From Amoebidium appalachense (Eukaryota; Protista; Ichthyosporea): a stretch of DNA of 64,000 bases. Under the pieces are notes generated by a model. That model was not told the DNA's origin and did not search any database. It saw nothing but the letters and a program-made list of their open reading frames with translations. Every line of letters starts with the position of its first letter. Positions within the stretch are counted from its first letter, which is position 1. Below, one piece after another: positions 36,701 through 64,000 of the stretch. The DNA lies in contig CAVNZM010000002.1 in NCBI GenBank assembly GCA_963693365.1, positions 11,712,328 to 11,776,327 of the forward strand, given 5' to 3'. The translations under genes were made by a program, and so were the position numbers.

Positions 36701-37253
36701 TTGGATTTAGCTAAAGAGTCCAACAATCACATCATGTGCAGTGCCACTGCAGCTGCAGCAGCTCAAAGAATCGGCGGTGTGTAACTAGACTAAGCAGCTA
36801 CTAATATTCCCCTCCCCCCCTGGACACACACACACACACACCGAAAAGAAGAAAAAAAAAAGAAAAAAAAAATCCTTGTTGAAACTTCGGGTTGCAGTGC
36901 TCAGTACTAGTACCGGTCACAAATTAGAGCCATATATTGTATCATACGGTAGATATGGGATTAAGGGATTGATATGACGACTAAAAAACAATGGCCAGGC
37001 CCATGATAAGGGGAGAGACGAATACAAAACTGCGCCACGAACGTGTGACAAGAGCGATAATAATAGTAGGTCGCGAGGGCCGGAGGTGAAGGGGGGAGGG
37101 GGGGGGAGGCGAGGCGAGGGGAGGGCGGGGGCTCTGTACGTTGTTGGTGTGCTTTCGTGTGGTGAAGGGCAAAGGGAGGAGGATATCGATCTGATGCGTG
37201 TGTGCTCAGGTCGGTTTTTCCAAGGCTCTCTCTCTCTCCCTTTTTTTTTTTTT

Positions 37254-37327
<74 letters not shown>

Positions 37328-38032
37328 TGGGGGGGGATGTGCTAATGGGTTCAGGAGAACAGTGGGTGTGGCCAACACCCGCACAGGCAGGGGTTTGTTT
37401 ACTTTCAGATATCAGCCAGTAGCATCTGCTAAGAGTACAGTACTGGCCAGAATATATTACGAACAAGGAGTACTGCAGAGGGAAGCAAAAATAGAAGGAT
37501 AAATTGAACGAGGCATGACATGCAGTGGATAACCGACCGTGATGTTAAACAAGTGGTTGGTGGCATACCATTAGGCTGAGGATAGGGTGATGATAAGATT
37601 TGAACTAGAGCTACCCTATGCTTGGTTTTTACGGGCAATCGTTCTTGTCAACAACGCTCCAGTGGTGTGCTACTGTTGTCCTCAGTGATTACACAATCTG
37701 ATGTCCAATTAAACCAATATCTTTAAGCAGTCGAACAATGAATTTGGCCTTTCTTTAAAGTGAAAGAATATCCCCCCATCTGTTACAGTATAGGCAAAGC
37801 CAAACATTAAATTTGACGTCATATTGACGTCATAACGAGATTGACGCCAAGGACTAAATAATGTCACGTCCGGATTTGCGGCTTTAGACCTCAACCTGTC
37901 TAAGCATCTCAAATTCGCATAAGCGCATAATCAAGTCAGAGATCTAAAACTGTGTTTGCTGATACACTTTTCCTTCTATTGCCCACTGTTGGGTTATGTC
38001 ATTAAATAATAATAAGGCTTAATGCCCACATG

Positions 38033-46567
<8,535 letters not shown>

Positions 46568-46879
46568 GTTCTCGGATGATGTGGATGGTGCGTGTGAAAC
46601 GATCAGGTCCTCGCTTTTCCTCCGGTCATTGATTAGGGAATTATGGGGCAGAGCAATACTTCGTAATGCAAAACCAAAAAACAACAAGCGCCCACATGCG
46701 AGCAGGCAGTGTAGTGACCTTGGCCAAAACGCAAACTCATGAAACCTTTTTTTACAGTAGCACGATAGTATATTCAACGACACTTTCGAAGTTGTATAAA
46801 GAAAAGTAGACCTTTAATTCATTTCTAGAAGTGTTTTATACTACATAAACGAGGAAAGAAATGAACGGGAAGATTATTT

Positions 46880-46990
46880 GTATTGTTCGCGCCAAAAGTG
46901 TAAGAGAGGAATGCGAGGAATGTTGGCAAGACAAAATGCCGCCGCTTGATTCGCGCCAACGGAAGAGATCGTTATTTTGATTGGAGCTGT
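46880..46990 (-). promoter_or_regulatory. Putative SCAMP promoter with two E2F-like sites and a CCAAT box
   Basis: TTCGCGCCAAAA (about 46886) and TTCGCGCCAA (about 46950) read TTGGCGCGAA on the minus strand; GATTGG at about 46979. All lie 300-420 bp upstream of the ATG. Motif match only. Confidence 0.35.
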
Positions 46991-47532
46991 GTGGGCTGGC
47001 TGAAGACCGTTAGCAACCCCCTCATACAAGTGAATTTCCAGGAAACAGATTTATGAAAACTACAATAACAATATAGTTATATTGATTTTAGAATTCAAAA
47101 ATTAAAAAAGCAGTTTTTTTTTCTTCTTTTGACTCGGTTTTATTGATCCGTTGATGAAGGCAACGTTCAGCCACAGGCTACATAACCACCAATAGAACTG
47201 AAAAAGCCAAAGCTACGAAATAAAGCGACAAGTGACAAAGGACACCAGCGGGCAAAACCTTAAGTGTACGTGTATGCGTGAAACTAGTTTGCTATAACTA
47301 GTCACATGCATCGATGTTGACCAGACCACACTCCCCAAGAAGACATCATTACTGCTGCTTCCCAACAGGCCCCCCTCAAAACCTACCGAGGCACAGCAAG
47401 CAAGTCAGCCTCTAAAAGAGCAATGCAGACCAAATCTGAGCTAAAAAACAATCCCAACGGGCCCGGCCCCTACATAACCCGGAGAAACCGCATCTAGCTC
47501 TCTGATAAGGTGGCCTAGTTGTGGCAGGACAC

Positions 47533-47807
47533 ACAGAAAAACACAATTACAGAATGCATGCAAGCAAACCCGGTCATTGCCATACGACTGGAGGCTAAGG
47601 ACTGGCAGTCACTTGGAAAGCTCCCCGACGACCAAGTAGCCGCCCCTCCACTCACGCAGCGCAGAAGTAACAGAAAAACACAATGTACAGAATGCATGCA
47701 AGCAAACCCGGTCATTGCCATACGACTGGAGGCTAAGGACTGGCAGTCACTTGGAAAGCTCCCCGACGACCAAGTAGCCGCCCCTCCACTCACGCAGCGC
47801 AGAAGTA
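47533..47807. repeat. Near-perfect ~138-bp tandem duplication in the intergenic region
   Basis: ACAGAAAAACACAAT(G)TACAGAATGCATGCAAGC...CACGCAGCGCAGAAGTA present twice. Confidence 0.95.
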
Positions 47808-48652
47808 GCTGAAGAAGTTGCAGCAGCCCACCGCCAATAGGTCGCGTAGAAGCGTAGACATGTATGTAGAAGTTACCATAGGTTGCAGTGGACCAACAAG
47901 AAACCACTTCTCAAGCGAGAAACTCCGCGAAAGGGAGATGCCCCCACACTCTCACAGCAGTAGGAATACACCAGGCCACACCACACACATGCTGCAGTCA
48001 CGTTCCTCTGAGTGGGACTCCCTCCCACCACAAAAAGAAGAAACGAAAGCCTTTATAATGCCAAAAATTAAAAGGACACAAGTTATAAAGGAGATCTAGG
48101 TGTTGGGGTGGAGTCCAATCAGATTTAAACTGTTTAAGAGTCGGGAGGGGTGCAGGGAACTTCGCAATGCTCGCATGTAATTACTTGTACTAATTATTGT
48201 GGGTGGAAGTTAACCATAGACAGCAACTCTCAACCTCTCCTAGAGAAGTTAAGTTTTCTACCTGAAACATAATATATATATTGATTTATAAACATATACG
48301 CCATAGAAATTTTTCCATTACTAAAATGGGAACCATTCGTACACACTGACACCAGCGTACAGTTACTATACCATCTTTTCACTGACGATTTGCCGCGCTC
48401 TGCTGGCTCTTGCCGGTATACGTACAGTGCACGGTGTCACGTTTCAGCGAAACCCAACGTTCACTTCATAATTCAGTCAACGAAAACTTTTTTTGAAGTT
48501 CAAGTTGAACCCGATTCCAAGTCAAGCTAGGCGTGTGAAAGAAAACTTACTCTTTTTATTCTGGAAAAAAAAGCAAGAGGTGCTTTTAAAAAATATTACA
48601 CTGCTGCTACACCCTAGCTTGTCCTCCAATGATCTAGCTAGTCCGAATCTAA

Positions 48653-62793
<14,141 letters not shown>

Positions 62794-62839
62794 AGAGATG
62801 TGAGGGATAACTGTTTTTTTTTTTTTTTTTTTTTGGGGT

Positions 62840-62879
<40 letters not shown>

Positions 62880-62980
62880 GGGGGAAGGAATGACCCCAGT
62901 TTGCTAACTTGACCGAATGTTAATGTGTGCAAAAGCGCTGTGATGTTGGTGGTGATTACTGTTCCTGATTTGGTATTATT

Positions 62981-63012
<32 letters not shown>

Positions 63013-63809
63013 ATGGCTGCATGGGTGTATAAAGGGGTGGATGGGAACCCCCGGCTCGAGGGGAGGGGGGTAAAGGGGGGGGTCTGCATTTGTGTATAAA
63101 GGGGTGGGTGGGAGGAGTCTCAACGCAGCGGGGGGGGGGGGGGGGGGGGGGTTTGCTTTTGATGTCGTTGTTACTTGATCTATACATAAGATATCTGAAT
63201 TTAGAATTGGTATATGGAACTTCAGAGGTTAGCGGCCCATATACATATATTAGACAATGGCGTGTTCATCTTTGTAAATATGAATGCAAGGAAGGGTATA
63301 ATTCGAAATGTCGTTCATTGATTAGCTTAGAGAATACATGGGCCTTAGAAGACAGTTTTGTGGTGGTGCGCTAAGTGTATAATGACTGTGAATTGTTCTA
63401 GGCGGTGCTTCAAATTCTGGATGTTAGGTTCGATAGAAAATAGAGATCTTCAACGGGGGCGGCATAGATTGTTGAAGGCATGAATGAAATCTGATTCAAA
63501 CATTGTTGTATATTGAACAAAACGCAACACAATAAAATTTTAAAGGAGTCTTGCATGCGTCGCATACAATTGACCGAGTGTACTGATATAAAAGAATCCA
63601 GGCCGGAAAGCCGGAATATATATATATATATATATATATGCGGGATGATGTGATCATGTATCCCCCCCCCCCCCCCCCCAAACACGCACAAATACACATG
63701 CATACACATCTGCCTGCAAGCGCGCGCACACCCACAAACACACACATATATGTACACACACGGTGCACAAACCTACACAGATATCAACACACCCTAACAC
63801 ACACGCACG

Positions 63810-63846
<37 letters not shown>

Positions 63847-64000
63847 AAACACACACACGTGATTTTATCATTTTTACCCCACTCCCCACTCCACGGCCAC
63901 ACCAGCCTCATGCATGATGTTGCTGCATAGTATATTTTGATCATGTATTTGTTTTGTCAGTATTTATCTAAAGAACACCTAAGTAGGTTTTTGTTTACAT

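Noticed and set aside
36990-37502. Possible small plus-strand gene ending ...RIYYEQGVLQREAKIEG*
   Set aside because: No recognisable domain and no convincing phase-compatible upstream exons; may be UTR or intergenic sequence.
63410-63757. Minus-strand ORF near the window end
   Set aside because: No recognisable motif and it starts in simple repeats; cannot be supported as an exon.

Overview
Intron-rich eukaryotic DNA. The gene set (animal-type SCAMP C-terminus, an LRRC41-like LRR protein, a TRAK/HAP1-like coiled coil) suggests a holozoan, possibly a unicellular ichthyosporean-like one; this is inference only. Most of the ORF track is microsatellite noise. Splicing GT-AG exons by hand gives five genes: a mitochondrial SAM carrier (+, 3334-11160), an LRRC41-like BC-box/LRR protein (+, 12769-25568), a secreted five-domain phytocyanin-like cupredoxin with Ser-Pro4, AP-rich and acidic repeat linkers (+, 27248-35681), SCAMP (-, 38033-46567) and a TRAK/HAP1-like adaptor with a duplicated last-exon start (+, about 48653-62793). 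Mobile DNA: a hAT deletion derivative, Kolobok-, Tc1/mariner- and piggyBac-like MITEs, and an unclassified ~135-nt intronic repeat ending in poly-C. The most striking pattern is a strand-specific intron layout. C-runs follow about half of the donors, many acceptors are (CA)n-CAG with no U-rich tract, several candidate branch points are distal, and C/G or CA/TG blocks could fold introns back. Homopolymer lengths and a few frameshifts are probably assembly errors. All homology calls are motif recognition from memory, not database searches.
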